Of a DNA stretch of 64,000 nt, positions 26,774 through 36,562 are shown one piece after another. Both the position numbers and the translations under genes were made by a program. Under the pieces are notes generated by a model. That model ran no database searches and was not told the origin of the DNA. It saw only the letters and a list, made by a program, of their open reading frames with translations. This DNA is from an uncultured Candidatus Micrarchaeota archaeon (GTDB lineage Archaea > Micrarchaeota > Micrarchaeia > Anstonellales > Bilamarchaeaceae). The stretch spans positions 672,001 to 736,000 of the forward strand of contig OY970229.1 in the NCBI GenBank assembly GCA_963714085.1, in the 5' to 3' direction. Numbering within the stretch: position 1 is the stretch's first letter; every line of letters starts with the position of its first letter.

Positions 26774-27961
26774 TCACCACGTCGCGGGCTCGCGCCTTAT
26801 CTCCTTGACCGCGGTGAGCAGGTTGTAGCCGAGCATGAGATACCAGTAGAACAGCAGGAACAGCACCAGGTTCCGGAGCGGGATCTTCTCGTTGAACGCG
26901 CGTACCGAGAGCCAGAGCCAGAGGAGCGTGGATGCGAGCACCAGCGCGCCTATTATGGTGATCAGGCCGAGGCCGAGCACATAGGAGTCGACGAGTATGT
27001 ACCTGGTGTAGTAGGGCGCGGCGAAGACGGAGTTTATCATGAGCCCCAGGATGAGGAAGAAGGCGATTATGGAGATGTAGTTGAGGGGCACGAAGAACAC
27101 GCCGAAATCCCCGTATTCCGGCTTCATGAGGGACTTGTACTTCCAGTAGTTGCGCAGGCCGCCCCGCTGCCAGCGCACCCTCTGCCGCAGGAGCGCCTTC
27201 ATGTTCTCGGGCACGCTGGTATAGACCGTCGCGGTCATGGAGCTGCGCACCTTGTAGTTCGCGGCCTGGAGCCGCAGGCATATCTCCTGGTCCTCCACCA
27301 GGTTGTGCTCGTCGAACATACCGACCTTGTCGAACGCCTCGGCCCGGAACAGGCTGAACGGGCCTGGCGTGACCGGCACGGAATCGATGAAGGAGAGCAG
27401 CTTGCGGGAGAAGAGTATCATGAGGTATTCTATGCGCTGGAGCTCGACGATGAGCTTGCTGCGGTCCGGCTTGACCTTCACCGCGGGCGTGACCGCCATG
27501 ACGTCCTTGTCCTGGAAGAACGGGAGCATGTCCCGTAGCGCGTTCGGGCTGAGCATGGAATCAGCGTCCATGGTCGCGATGAGCTCGCCCTTGGCGCTGC
27601 GGATCCCGTTGTTCAGCGCTGCGCCCTTGCCCTTGTTCTGCTGCGTGAGCACCAGCACGCCGTCCTTCTCGTAGCGCCTGGCGCTTGTCAGCGTCTTGTC
27701 CGTGGAGCCGTCGTCCACCACCACGACGTCCAGCTTCGCGCGAGGATAGTCCAGGGCCAGCGCGCTCTCTATCGTGGCCCCTATGCCGTCCTCCTCGTTG
27801 TGGGCCGGGATGATTATGGACACTTTTGGGGTCCAGCCGTCGTCCGGTGGAGGCGCTTCGGTGACCTGCCTGCGGTACCTTAGGAAGAGGAGGACGAAGA
27901 AGAACACTGTGAACAGGGAGAGGAATGCTATCGAGTAGTTCAATATCAGTAGCGCGTCCAT
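26774..27961 (-). CDS. Membrane GT2 glycosyltransferase (processive, cellulose-synthase/IcaA-like)
   Basis: IPAHNEE, DDGSTD, GKGAALN, DAD, ED and QRVRW motifs, flanked by TM helices. Confidence 0.9.
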   Translation of the reverse strand: MDALLILNYSIAFLSLFTVFFFVLLFLRYRRQVTEAPPPDDGWTPKVSIIIPAHNEEDGIGATIESALALDYPRAKLDVVVVDDGSTDKTLTSARRYEKDGVLVLTQQNKGKGAALNNGIRSAKGELIATMDADSMLSPNALRDMLPFFQDKDVMAVTPAVKVKPDRSKLIVELQRIEYLMILFSRKLLSFIDSVPVTPGPFSLFRAEAFDKVGMFDEHNLVEDQEICLRLQAANYKVRSSMTATVYTSVPENMKALLRQRVRWQRGGLRNYWKYKSLMKPEYGDFGVFFVPLNYISIIAFFLILGLMINSVFAAPYYTRYILVDSYVLGLGLITIIGALVLASTLLWLWLSVRAFNEKIPLRNLVLFLLFYWYLMLGYNLLTAVKEIRREPATW

Positions 27962-27974
27962 CCTACCCACAGCC

Positions 27975-28823
27975 TCATACCGCCAGCAGCGAGCCGGCGA
28001 AGAAAAGCGATAGGACCATGCCCAGCAGGAAGAACGGCAGGAAAGGCGGCATCTTCGAGTACACCCAGACCTCCGCCAGCTGGAGCTTGGACATGCGCTC
28101 TATCTCGGACTTGGTCGCGAGCCTCTTGAGGCCGTACTTCTTGACCGTGTCCTGGTCCATCATCTCGAGCGCGAGCACGTCCTCGTCCTCGAGCTCGGCC
28201 GGGCTCATCCTCTCTGCCAGGAGCAGGTTGATGTCCTCCTTGTATGCCATGAAGAATATCGTGGCCAGCATCAGGATGGAGACGAAGATGAAATACATCG
28301 GCGAGAAGATTATCGAGTTCACGTAGACGAAGGCGAATAGCAGGTAGGGTATGATCAGCAGCGCGTACATCCGCTTGGGGTGCGCGCCCGCGTCCCGCAG
28401 CTTGAGGCCGAAATAGCAGACCACGTAGAGCGCGAACGCGATGCCGGCGAATACCATGACTGAGAATATGTAGGGCAGGTTGAAGGGCAGCGACACGAAC
28501 GACGGATGGAACGGCAGCAGCAGTATCACGGACGCGATTATGAACACGTCCGCGCCTCCCAGCTGGCCGAACCTGTAGAACACGTATCCTATGGCCGCGA
28601 AGAAGAGCGCGAGCGCGACCGAGAAGACGAATATGTCCTGCTGGAAGAGCGCGAGGTCTACGACGAACGCGATCGCCAGGAACCCGTAGAGCAGGGAGTT
28701 CGGCACGTTGCGCTTGTTGAACAGGTCGAAGTAGGTCGCGAGCGCGACGCCTACGAATGCGACCGCCAGGCGTATCATCTCGCCTGGCATCGTGAGATTC
28801 CCGAAAAGGACGTCTGTAATCAT
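27975..28823 (-). CDS. Prepilin/prearchaellin peptidase (A24 family)
   Basis: YFDL..R.VPN, LGGAD, C-terminal VWV....PFLPF. Confidence 0.88.
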   Translation of the reverse strand: MITDVLFGNLTMPGEMIRLAVAFVGVALATYFDLFNKRNVPNSLLYGFLAIAFVVDLALFQQDIFVFSVALALFFAAIGYVFYRFGQLGGADVFIIASVILLLPFHPSFVSLPFNLPYIFSVMVFAGIAFALYVVCYFGLKLRDAGAHPKRMYALLIIPYLLFAFVYVNSIIFSPMYFIFVSILMLATIFFMAYKEDINLLLAERMSPAELEDEDVLALEMMDQDTVKKYGLKRLATKSEIERMSKLQLAEVWVYSKMPPFLPFFLLGMVLSLFFAGSLLAV

Positions 28824-28879
28824 AATGGACCCCTGAATGAGATATGATTAGGATATTGGGGGGTAGGGTTTTTTAAGAC

Positions 28880-30505
28880 TCACGAATGCACGCCGCGCTG
28901 GAACACGGCGGTGATGCGGTCCGCCCAATCGGCAGGGACCTTCGCCCTCTTGAGCGTGTCGGACATTATTGAGATATCCTCGTGGCTGAAGGACTTGAGC
29001 GCGAAGAGCAGCCCGACATAGACCAGCCCGGATATGACGAACAGCATGGCCAGGGCTGAGAGGCGCATTGTCTTGGCCAGGAGCAGCGCCGTGTCGCCGG
29101 TCCCCAGGGCCGGGAGCGCGGAGATCGCCTGTGTGAGGTACGGCTTTATCAGCAGGATTACGCCGAGCGCGATTACGCCGGCGAGCAGGGACTTGAGCAT
29201 CTCGGGCGGGAAGCGGAAGCCCATGTGTTTCCTCGCGTAGTATATGAACATGAGGGCGGATGCCAGGAACGCGATCGCCGAGGCCACCGCGGCGCCGTTT
29301 ATGCCGAAGGACGGGATGAAAAGCACGTTCAGGATCACGTTGAGCACAGCACACACGAGCGCGACCTTGAGCTCGATGTCCAGGAGGCGCAGGCTGCCAA
29401 GCACCAGCGACTCGACGGTGGAAAGCGCGCGGAAGAACAGGCCGAGGGTGAATATCGCCAGCGCCGTGGCTCCGACTACGTAGGAATCGCCGTAGAACAT
29501 GCGGAGGATGCTGTCAGGGAACACGAGCATCACCAGCGTGAGCGGGAACGTTACGAAGATGATCCACCGTATGCACGTCTCGCAGAGCTCTATGACAGCC
29601 TCGTTCTTGCCGTGGCCGACAAGCTCGGATATCATGGGGAAGAATATGAGGCTTATGGCGTTCGGGAACAGCATAACGAGCATGGAGACGCCGGTGGCCA
29701 GGGAGTACACCGCGACCATCTGCGCAGCCACGGAGGGGGCCATCATGTAGCCTATCAGTATCCTGTCCGTGTAGTTCACCAGCATCCAGAGGGAGTTGAT
29801 GGTGGTCATCATCAGGCCGAACGGGACCACCTCCAGCAGGAACGCACCCATGTCGACATTCGCCATCTCATGGCCGAGGTCCTCGAACGGTTTCCTCAGG
29901 TAGACGAAGGAGAGCACGAGCACCAGGATGAACGAGAGCAGGAAAGACGCGGCGATGGAGAACATGGTGGCCCCGATCACGAAGAAGAAGAGCAACGTGA
30001 GCACGAATTTGGCCAGGGTCTGCGCGTTGAGCAGCGTGGAGTACTCTTTCATCATCTTCCTGCCGCTGAGGAAGCTCGTGTCCAGGGTGAAGAGCGTGTT
30101 GAGCAGGAGATATGGCGAGAGCAGCTTGAGGGGAAGCGCGAGCTGCGGGTTGTGGAAATAGCCGGCTATCATGTCCGCCGCGAGGAGGCTTATCAGGCCG
30201 AGCGCCACGCACAGCACTGTGACTATGACGTAGGAGATGTTGAGCAGCGCGCGCAGCTTCGCCTTCTCGCCCTTCGCGAGCAGGTACGGGACGTAGCGCG
30301 AGAACGAAGACGTGAACCCCGCGTCGGAGAACACCGAGAGGACCCCGAATATGCTCAGGGCCAGATAGAAGGTGCCCACGTCGTCCTGGGATGCCATCCT
30401 GGCCAGGATCACCAGGTAGAAGAAGCCTATGAGCTTTATGCCGAGCTGCCCTGCGATGCTCCAGAAGGCGCCCTTCGCCATCTCCTTGGAATGCTCGGAT
30501 GCCAT
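28880..30505 (-). CDS. Oligosaccharide flippase (Wzx/PST, MOP superfamily)
   Basis: About 14 TM segments; LAR....D.G.F, YTDRILIG, IP.FGINGAAVA. Confidence 0.9.
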   Translation of the reverse strand: MASEHSKEMAKGAFWSIAGQLGIKLIGFFYLVILARMASQDDVGTFYLALSIFGVLSVFSDAGFTSSFSRYVPYLLAKGEKAKLRALLNISYVIVTVLCVALGLISLLAADMIAGYFHNPQLALPLKLLSPYLLLNTLFTLDTSFLSGRKMMKEYSTLLNAQTLAKFVLTLLFFFVIGATMFSIAASFLLSFILVLVLSFVYLRKPFEDLGHEMANVDMGAFLLEVVPFGLMMTTINSLWMLVNYTDRILIGYMMAPSVAAQMVAVYSLATGVSMLVMLFPNAISLIFFPMISELVGHGKNEAVIELCETCIRWIIFVTFPLTLVMLVFPDSILRMFYGDSYVVGATALAIFTLGLFFRALSTVESLVLGSLRLLDIELKVALVCAVLNVILNVLFIPSFGINGAAVASAIAFLASALMFIYYARKHMGFRFPPEMLKSLLAGVIALGVILLIKPYLTQAISALPALGTGDTALLLAKTMRLSALAMLFVISGLVYVGLLFALKSFSHEDISIMSDTLKRAKVPADWADRITAVFQRGVHS

Positions 30506-30514
30506 CGGACTGAC

Positions 30515-31423
30515 CTAGGAATAAGCCTTGATGAGCCTGTCTATCCCCTGGTCCAGGCTGACCTTCGCCCTGAAGCCGAGCTCCTTATCCGCCCTGCTGG
30601 TGTCCGCGAGCGTGTCCTGGACGTAGTTCTTGATCTTGTTCTCCACGTACTTGGGCTTCATGTCCTTGCCGAGCTTCCTGGCCAGCATGGCTATCATGTC
30701 GTTGATGGTGATGGAGCTGCCCGTACCCACGTTATAGATGCCGAATTTTATCTGCGACTTCATGGCGAGCATGTTCGCCTCGACCACGTCATCGACATAT
30801 GTGAAGTCCCTCGTCTGGCTGCCGTCACCGTACACCACCGGCTGCTCGCCCTTCTGCATGTCCCAGAGGAACTGGGAGATCAGGTTGGCGTACTTGCCCT
30901 TGGAGCGCTCGTGCGGCCCGTAGACGCTGAAATAGCGCAGGCCCACGGACTGCACCCCGAATAGCTTGTGGTAGAGCTCCGCGAGGCGCTCCATTTCGTA
31001 GCGGGCCTCTGTGTAGAAGTCCGTGACCTTGACGTCCATGCCCTCCTTGTGCGGGGGGTCCTGGCCGCTGTAGACCGAAGAGGTGGCAGCCCAGACGATC
31101 CGCGTATTGTTCTGCTTCGCGTACTCGAGTATGGATATCCAGTCGTCGAGCGCCTTGGCCACCAGGTGCGGGTCGTTCTTGTACATCGGGGACGAGGAAT
31201 ACGTGCCTTCGTGTATGATTATGTCGAACTTCTCCCCGATCTTCCCCAGCTCGCCCGAATGCGCCTTTACGATCTTTATCTTCCCCTTCACCGATGCTAC
31301 GTTGTCCTCGCTGCCCGTGTGCATGCAGTCCAATGCTGTGACCGTATGCCCGTCCCGGACCAGCCTCTCCACTATGTTCGAACCGATGAATCCGAGTGCT
31401 CCTGTTACGAGTACTTTCATCAT
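30515..31423 (-). CDS. NAD-dependent nucleotide-sugar epimerase/dehydratase
   Basis: TGALGFIGS, LRYFSVYGP, GDGSQTRDFTYV. Confidence 0.92.
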   Translation of the reverse strand: MMKVLVTGALGFIGSNIVERLVRDGHTVTALDCMHTGSEDNVASVKGKIKIVKAHSGELGKIGEKFDIIIHEGTYSSSPMYKNDPHLVAKALDDWISILEYAKQNNTRIVWAATSSVYSGQDPPHKEGMDVKVTDFYTEARYEMERLAELYHKLFGVQSVGLRYFSVYGPHERSKGKYANLISQFLWDMQKGEQPVVYGDGSQTRDFTYVDDVVEANMLAMKSQIKFGIYNVGTGSSITINDMIAMLARKLGKDMKPKYVENKIKNYVQDTLADTSRADKELGFRAKVSLDQGIDRLIKAYS

Positions 31424-31424
31424 A

Positions 31425-32813
31425 TCACCTTGTTGCCGGTCTTTCTCCGGAAAACAACTTCTCTAAATCTCTTGAATCGAATAGCAATACGTTCTTTTCC
31501 GTAGTCCTTTTCTTAAAGCTTCTCGCGAATATGGCGAAGTATTCTTTCCGCTTCCCGTGGTTCCATCCGACGAACGAGGCCTTCCTGCGGAGCCCGGCGA
31601 GGACCCCTGCCGCGTCCACATCCTCGCTCCATTTGCATTCGCAGAAAAGGATTTCGCCGCTGTTCCTGCTCAGGGCGGCCATGTCTATCTCGTAGACCTC
31701 CCCTTCGAGGCTTTGACCCCATTGCCGGCCCATGCTGGACACCTGGAAAGGCAGCTTGCCCCCGCGGTCCAGTTCCATGACAGCCTCCCCGCAGAGAGCC
31801 TCGTACCTTCTTCCGAGATAAGCGTCAATATCCCTCTCGAAGATATCCGCGATCTCGGCATCGAGGTTCCGCTCGAGAAGGTAATAGTGCCTCCAGACGA
31901 AATATAGCCAGAATGAGAATACGTTGGATGCTATGGCGTACTTCCCTTTTTTCGTTTTACGCTCGGTCGCCGGGATCTCGCGGCGGAGGATCTCGAATTC
32001 ATCCCTCAGCACATTGAGGTATTTTGTGAGCTCCGTGGGTTTCCTTCCGCTATAATCCGCTATCTCCTTGAGCGAGTCTTTGCCCGCAGCCACGGCGGTC
32101 AGGATCGTGAAGTACATCTTGTGCTCGGTCCCGAACTCCTCCCTCAGCATGGCGCGTATCTCTTCGTTCAGAGGCCGCGGGTAGAGCATGAAGAGGCTTT
32201 TGACCGCGTCCATGAACGAAGGGTTCCCCATGCGCTCGAGCGTCTCGTAGTATTTCGGTATGCCGCCGAAGACCAGGTAGAACCGCATGGCGTCTTCGAA
32301 TGAATATCCGGATGCGCTGCAAAGCACGAAGACCGCGCGGAAATCCAGCTCTCTCAGCCTGATGATGAAATCGAACCTGCCGTAAAGCGGGCTTTTGTAG
32401 TCCTCTATAAGGCTTTTCATCACCGAAAGATAAGATCCCGATACCACGATGCCGCAGTCCTTGTGCTTGTCGAGGAGCCTCTGGAGGTCGTATATGAAGG
32501 AACGGTTCACTTTGGCCACGTTCTGCAGCTCGTCTATGAAGACAAGCCTGCCCTTCTCCTTCAGGAACAGGTATTCGAAGAATTCCCTGAAATTCGAGAG
32601 CCTGGGAAGGCCGAGGTCAGGGTATTCGTCGACCCAATCGGAGATGATCTCGTTCTCGGTCTTCTCCGCGGGGATGAAAAGCGTCAGGATGTTCTTGTAA
32701 CTGTGCTCCACAAGCGTGGTCTTCCCGACCCTCCGCCTGCCTACGACTGCGACTCTCGGCCGTTTCAGGCCCTTCAATAGCTCCAATTCCTTTTCCCTGT
32801 CGACGAACAGCAT
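31425..32813 (-). CDS. Archaeal ATPase (P-loop, wHTH and DUF234/PD-(D/E)xK-like C-terminus)
   Basis: FVDREKEL, GRRRVGKTTL, FIDELQ, GGIPKY, EID.....ECKW. Confidence 0.92.
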   Translation of the reverse strand: MLFVDREKELELLKGLKRPRVAVVGRRRVGKTTLVEHSYKNILTLFIPAEKTENEIISDWVDEYPDLGLPRLSNFREFFEYLFLKEKGRLVFIDELQNVAKVNRSFIYDLQRLLDKHKDCGIVVSGSYLSVMKSLIEDYKSPLYGRFDFIIRLRELDFRAVFVLCSASGYSFEDAMRFYLVFGGIPKYYETLERMGNPSFMDAVKSLFMLYPRPLNEEIRAMLREEFGTEHKMYFTILTAVAAGKDSLKEIADYSGRKPTELTKYLNVLRDEFEILRREIPATERKTKKGKYAIASNVFSFWLYFVWRHYYLLERNLDAEIADIFERDIDAYLGRRYEALCGEAVMELDRGGKLPFQVSSMGRQWGQSLEGEVYEIDMAALSRNSGEILFCECKWSEDVDAAGVLAGLRRKASFVGWNHGKRKEYFAIFARSFKKRTTEKNVLLFDSRDLEKLFSGERPATR

Positions 32814-32814
32814 A

Positions 32815-32846
32815 TATACCTATCAGGTATTATACCTAGCAGGTAT
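32815..32846. promoter_or_regulatory. Two tandem 16-bp palindromic units TATACCTATCAGGTAT / TATACCTAGCAGGTAT between the ATPase TATA box and ATG
   Basis: Read directly; each unit is ATACCT-N3-AGGTAT. Confidence 0.7.
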
Positions 32847-32861
32847 ATAAATATGCCGGTC

Positions 32862-33992
32862 TCATTTTGCTGTTCTCTCGAGCATTTTCCGGGCGCCTTC
32901 GAAGACCTCGTCCACGCTTATGAGGCGCATGCATTCGCCGTCGCACTTGCGCATTTCGTTGAGATGTATGTTTATCACCGGGTGCCCTGGGCTTGGATGG
33001 TAGAAGGCGAGGTTCCGCCCGAGCGGGAACGGGCCGAAGCGCTGCGGGAGGTTGGGGCCGAACAGGCCGATCGTGGGCACGCCCTGGGCCGCGGCCACAT
33101 GCATGGGCCCGGTGTCGTTGGCGATCATGAGGTCGTATTTTGCCACCAGGCAGAAAAGCTCGGTCTGGCTGAGATTCAACATGCAGAACACGTCCCCCTT
33201 GTCCTTGAGCATGCCTATTATCCCCAGGTTGCCAGGCTCTTCGGACGAAGAGCCGGTGAGGATGAATGTGCAGCCGTATCTCTCTTTTATCCGGCCTATC
33301 AGCTGGGCGAACCTCTCCTTCGGCCATGCCCTCCAGGTCGCGCTCGGGCCTGTGAAGGCGTGCATGCCTATCAGGGGATGCTTGTCCGGATTTATGCCCA
33401 TGGCCTTGAGCTTCGCGTCCAGCGACCTTGCCGCGTCTTGGCTATACCTCAGCCTGACCAGCTCTTTGGGCCTTGCGTTTATCCCGAGCGGCTTGAGCAG
33501 GTCGCATATGGTGCATACTGCGTGCTGGGCGTCGTTGTAAGCAACGTTCACGTCGTATAGTTTCGCCCTCGGGCCGTGGTCGTAGCCTATGGAGCGCTTC
33601 GCGCAGAAGAATGAGAGGATCGCCGAGATCGCGAAATGCGGCTCGGTGTCTATGGCCAGGTCGAATCTCCTGAAATTCTTTAGGATGAAGAACGGGATGG
33701 ACGACGAGCTGGTTTCCTTGTATGCGTCTATGAAATCCTGGCCCCTGAAGACGTCGGAGTTCTTCTTCGTGCAGAGCACGGTTATCCTGGAATCCGGATT
33801 CGCCTGCTTCAACGCTTTGATCATGGGCAGGCAGAGGATGGACTCGCCCAGCGCCCAGAGCCGGATGACGACCATCTCTTTGTTTTTTTCCAGAAGCGGC
33901 TTTTTCCTCTTGAATATGGAGAGCAGGCTGCACATGGATGGCAGGACCTTCTTCTCGACGAACCTCTCTATCTCGAACAGCAACAGTTTCAC
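32862..33992 (-). CDS. GT9 family ADP-heptose heptosyltransferase-like protein
   Basis: RLWALGE, R.WPKERFA.L, IANDTGPMHVAAA.GVPTIGLFGP. Confidence 0.9.
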   Translation of the reverse strand: MKLLLFEIERFVEKKVLPSMCSLLSIFKRKKPLLEKNKEMVVIRLWALGESILCLPMIKALKQANPDSRITVLCTKKNSDVFRGQDFIDAYKETSSSSIPFFILKNFRRFDLAIDTEPHFAISAILSFFCAKRSIGYDHGPRAKLYDVNVAYNDAQHAVCTICDLLKPLGINARPKELVRLRYSQDAARSLDAKLKAMGINPDKHPLIGMHAFTGPSATWRAWPKERFAQLIGRIKERYGCTFILTGSSSEEPGNLGIIGMLKDKGDVFCMLNLSQTELFCLVAKYDLMIANDTGPMHVAAAQGVPTIGLFGPNLPQRFGPFPLGRNLAFYHPSPGHPVINIHLNEMRKCDGECMRLISVDEVFEGARKMLERTAK

Positions 33993-34519
33993 CCTTTTGA
34001 GAGTATGATGTCCGCCGCGCTCCTTATATCAGGAGCAGTGGCGTCCGCGGCGTTCTTCCCTTCTCCGATATAGACCGTCCGGCAGCCGGCGGACTTGCCT
34101 GCCTGCACGTCGGAATCCTTGTCCCCCACCATCCATGAGCCGGACAGCGTTATATCGTGCTCCTCCGCCGCCCTTATGAGCATGCCTGGCTTGGGCTTGC
34201 GGCAGTCGCAGTCCACCAGGTACTTTTCCACCTTCGCCTCGGTCGGATGATGCGGGCAGTAGTATACCGCGTCGACCTTCGCGCCCCTCTTTTTCAGCTC
34301 CGCGACCAGGTGGTCGTTGAAAGCGCGCACGTCCTTCTCCGTGAAATAGCCGCGCGCCACGCCGGACTGGTTGGAGACGATGATCACAAGGTAGCCCGCC
34401 TTGTTCAGCCTGGCCAAGGCCTCTGGCACGCCGTCGAGTATGCTCATGTCGCTGGTCTTGAACTGGTAGTGCTTGTCTTCTACGACGACCCCGTCCCGGT
34501 CGAGAAAAACTGCTTTCAT
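33989..34519 (-). CDS. gmhB: D-glycero-D-manno-heptose-1,7-bisphosphate phosphatase
   Basis: FLDRDG, SNQSGVARG, CPHHP...CDCRKPKPGM, MVGD. Confidence 0.95.
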   Translation of the reverse strand: MKAVFLDRDGVVVEDKHYQFKTSDMSILDGVPEALARLNKAGYLVIIVSNQSGVARGYFTEKDVRAFNDHLVAELKKRGAKVDAVYYCPHHPTEAKVEKYLVDCDCRKPKPGMLIRAAEEHDITLSGSWMVGDKDSDVQAGKSAGCRTVYIGEGKNAADATAPDIRSAADIILSKG

Positions 34520-34529
34520 CCCTGATCAA

Positions 34530-35084
34530 CTACTTGGACAATTCGTCTTCAATCAGTTCGCACATCATGTGTATCGCCATGCCGTGCATCTCCTGTATCC
34601 TTGGGGTGTTGTCAGAGGGCACGACCAGCGCCTTGTCGCACAGCGGAAGCAGCTTCCCTCCCCCTTTCCCGAGCAGACCTGCGGTCCTCATCCCTTTCTC
34701 TTTCGCCTTCTTCGCAGCTTCCAGGAGATTGGGGGAGTTCCCGCTCGTGCTTATCAGGAAGAGCATGTCGCCTTTGTTACCCAGCGCCTCCACCTGGCGC
34801 GAGAAGACCTTGTCATAGCCGTAATCGTTTGATATCGCGGTGATGGCAGAGGTGTCGGTGCTCAGCGCGATAGACGGAAGACCTTTCCGCTCCTTCTTGT
34901 ACCTGCCGACGAGCTCGGCCGAGAAGTGCTGCGCGTCCGCCGCGCTCCCACCGTTCCCGCATACGAGTATCTTGTTGCCGCTCCTCAGGGTGGCTATCGC
35001 CGCCTCCGCTGCGTCCTTGACCTGCTTCAATGGCAGTTTCCTGCAGACGGAGATGTGCTCCTCCAGATCGGTTTCAAGCGCCAT
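34530..35084 (-). CDS. gmhA: Phosphoheptose (sedoheptulose-7-phosphate) isomerase
   Basis: [35 protein letters not shown]. Confidence 0.96.
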   Translation of the reverse strand: MALETDLEEHISVCRKLPLKQVKDAAEAAIATLRSGNKILVCGNGGSAADAQHFSAELVGRYKKERKGLPSIALSTDTSAITAISNDYGYDKVFSRQVEALGNKGDMLFLISTSGNSPNLLEAAKKAKEKGMRTAGLLGKGGGKLLPLCDKALVVPSDNTPRIQEMHGMAIHMMCELIEDELSK

Positions 35085-35088
35085 AGGA

Positions 35089-36519
35089 TCACCCGATGAG
35101 GTCCCTCGATGAGACCTTCTTCCCGCCCTCGTTGACCAGGTCGATGAGCTCCACCCTGCCCCCGTAGTTCTCCACGATCCTAGCCTCTGGGAGGTTCCCG
35201 ACGGTGTAATCCTTGCCCTTGACGTAGATGTCGGGCTTTAGCATCTCGACGAGGTATTCAGGCGTGTCGGTATCGAACACAACGACGTAGTCCACGAAGG
35301 GGAATGCTGCCAGCATCTCGGCCCTCCCGTGCTGGGGTATCTTGGGCCTGCCAGGCCCCTTGAGCTTCTTCACCGAAGCGTCGCTGTTGAGCGCGACTAT
35401 CAATATGTCGCCGAGCTCCCTGGCTTTCCTGAGGAAATACAGGTGGCCGTGGTGCAGGACGTCGAAGCACCCGTTCGTGAAAACTACCTTCTTCCCGGTC
35501 GCCCTCTGCCTGCCTATGGCTTTCGCGAGGCTATCCTCGTCGAGGATCTTCCTCTCCTCCATTGAGAGCTTCTTCCTTATCTCGTCGAGCGATACCGGGA
35601 CCGCGCCCCGTTTCGTGACTTTCACGGCCGCTGCAATGTTGGAGATGCGGAGGGCGCCCTGGACCGGCACCTTGCATGCCAATGCCACGGCGAACGCCGC
35701 CGTCACTGTGTCCCCAGCGCCGATTATGTCGATGACCTCCTTGCTCTCGACCAGCGAGTGGGACGTTACGTCCCCGATGTAGCTCATGCCCTTCTCCGAC
35801 CTGGTGACGAGAACGTCGGCCTTCAGGTCCTCCCTGACCTTTTTTCCTGCGCGCTCTATGTCGGCGTCGCTGTTCTCTACTTTCTCTCCGTACGCCTTCG
35901 AGAGCTCCCTGAACTCCTTGAAGTTCATCTTTATGATGTCCACCTTGCCCCTGAAGAGCTTCGCGTTGCCCGGCTTCACGTCCGCCATCCTCTTCTTCGC
36001 CTTTATCCTGAGGAAATCGGGCACCGTGTCCGGATTGAAGATGCCTTTGTTGTAATCGGAAAAGACCACCAGGTCGAAATCATCTTTCAGCCTCTTGACC
36101 AGGAAGCCGGATGTCGTTTTCGTGATGGGTGTACGGTCCTCGATGTCCTCCCTGCCCAGCAGGGCATTCGTCTCGGCATCGAAGAACCTTCTTTTGAGCG
36201 TAGTCGGGCGGCCGTCCCTCTCCACGACGGTCGGTATCTTGTTTTCCACTGCCAGGCGGTCAAGCTCTCCGTCGAATGCAATCCCTGCCAGCACTACTTC
36301 CGCTCCCAGCGCTTTTATGTTGTGGGCGAGATTTCCTGCGCCGCCCAGCTTTTTCTCGATGCGCTGCAGGTCCCATACGAGGAACGGACCCTCGGGTGTC
36401 TTGCGCTCGAGGCGGCAGTAATGGTACTCGTCTATCATCACGTCCCCGAGAACCAGGATCTTCAGCTTCCCGCCGTTCTGCTCTATGGCATCTATCTCGC
36501 AGTCCACTCTGAACACCAC
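35089..36519 (-). CDS. hldE: Bifunctional heptose-7-phosphate kinase / heptose-1-phosphate adenylyltransferase
   Basis: [19 protein letters not shown] and GAGDTV (PfkB domain) plus [14 protein letters not shown]. Confidence 0.94.
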   Translation of the reverse strand: MVFRVDCEIDAIEQNGGKLKILVLGDVMIDEYHYCRLERKTPEGPFLVWDLQRIEKKLGGAGNLAHNIKALGAEVVLAGIAFDGELDRLAVENKIPTVVERDGRPTTLKRRFFDAETNALLGREDIEDRTPITKTTSGFLVKRLKDDFDLVVFSDYNKGIFNPDTVPDFLRIKAKKRMADVKPGNAKLFRGKVDIIKMNFKEFRELSKAYGEKVENSDADIERAGKKVREDLKADVLVTRSEKGMSYIGDVTSHSLVESKEVIDIIGAGDTVTAAFAVALACKVPVQGALRISNIAAAVKVTKRGAVPVSLDEIRKKLSMEERKILDEDSLAKAIGRQRATGKKVVFTNGCFDVLHHGHLYFLRKARELGDILIVALNSDASVKKLKGPGRPKIPQHGRAEMLAAFPFVDYVVVFDTDTPEYLVEMLKPDIYVKGKDYTVGNLPEARIVENYGGRVELIDLVNEGGKKVSSRDLIG

Positions 36520-36562
36520 ATGGTTATTTCGCCGGAGGTTTATATAAACTTGAGTTTGGCGC

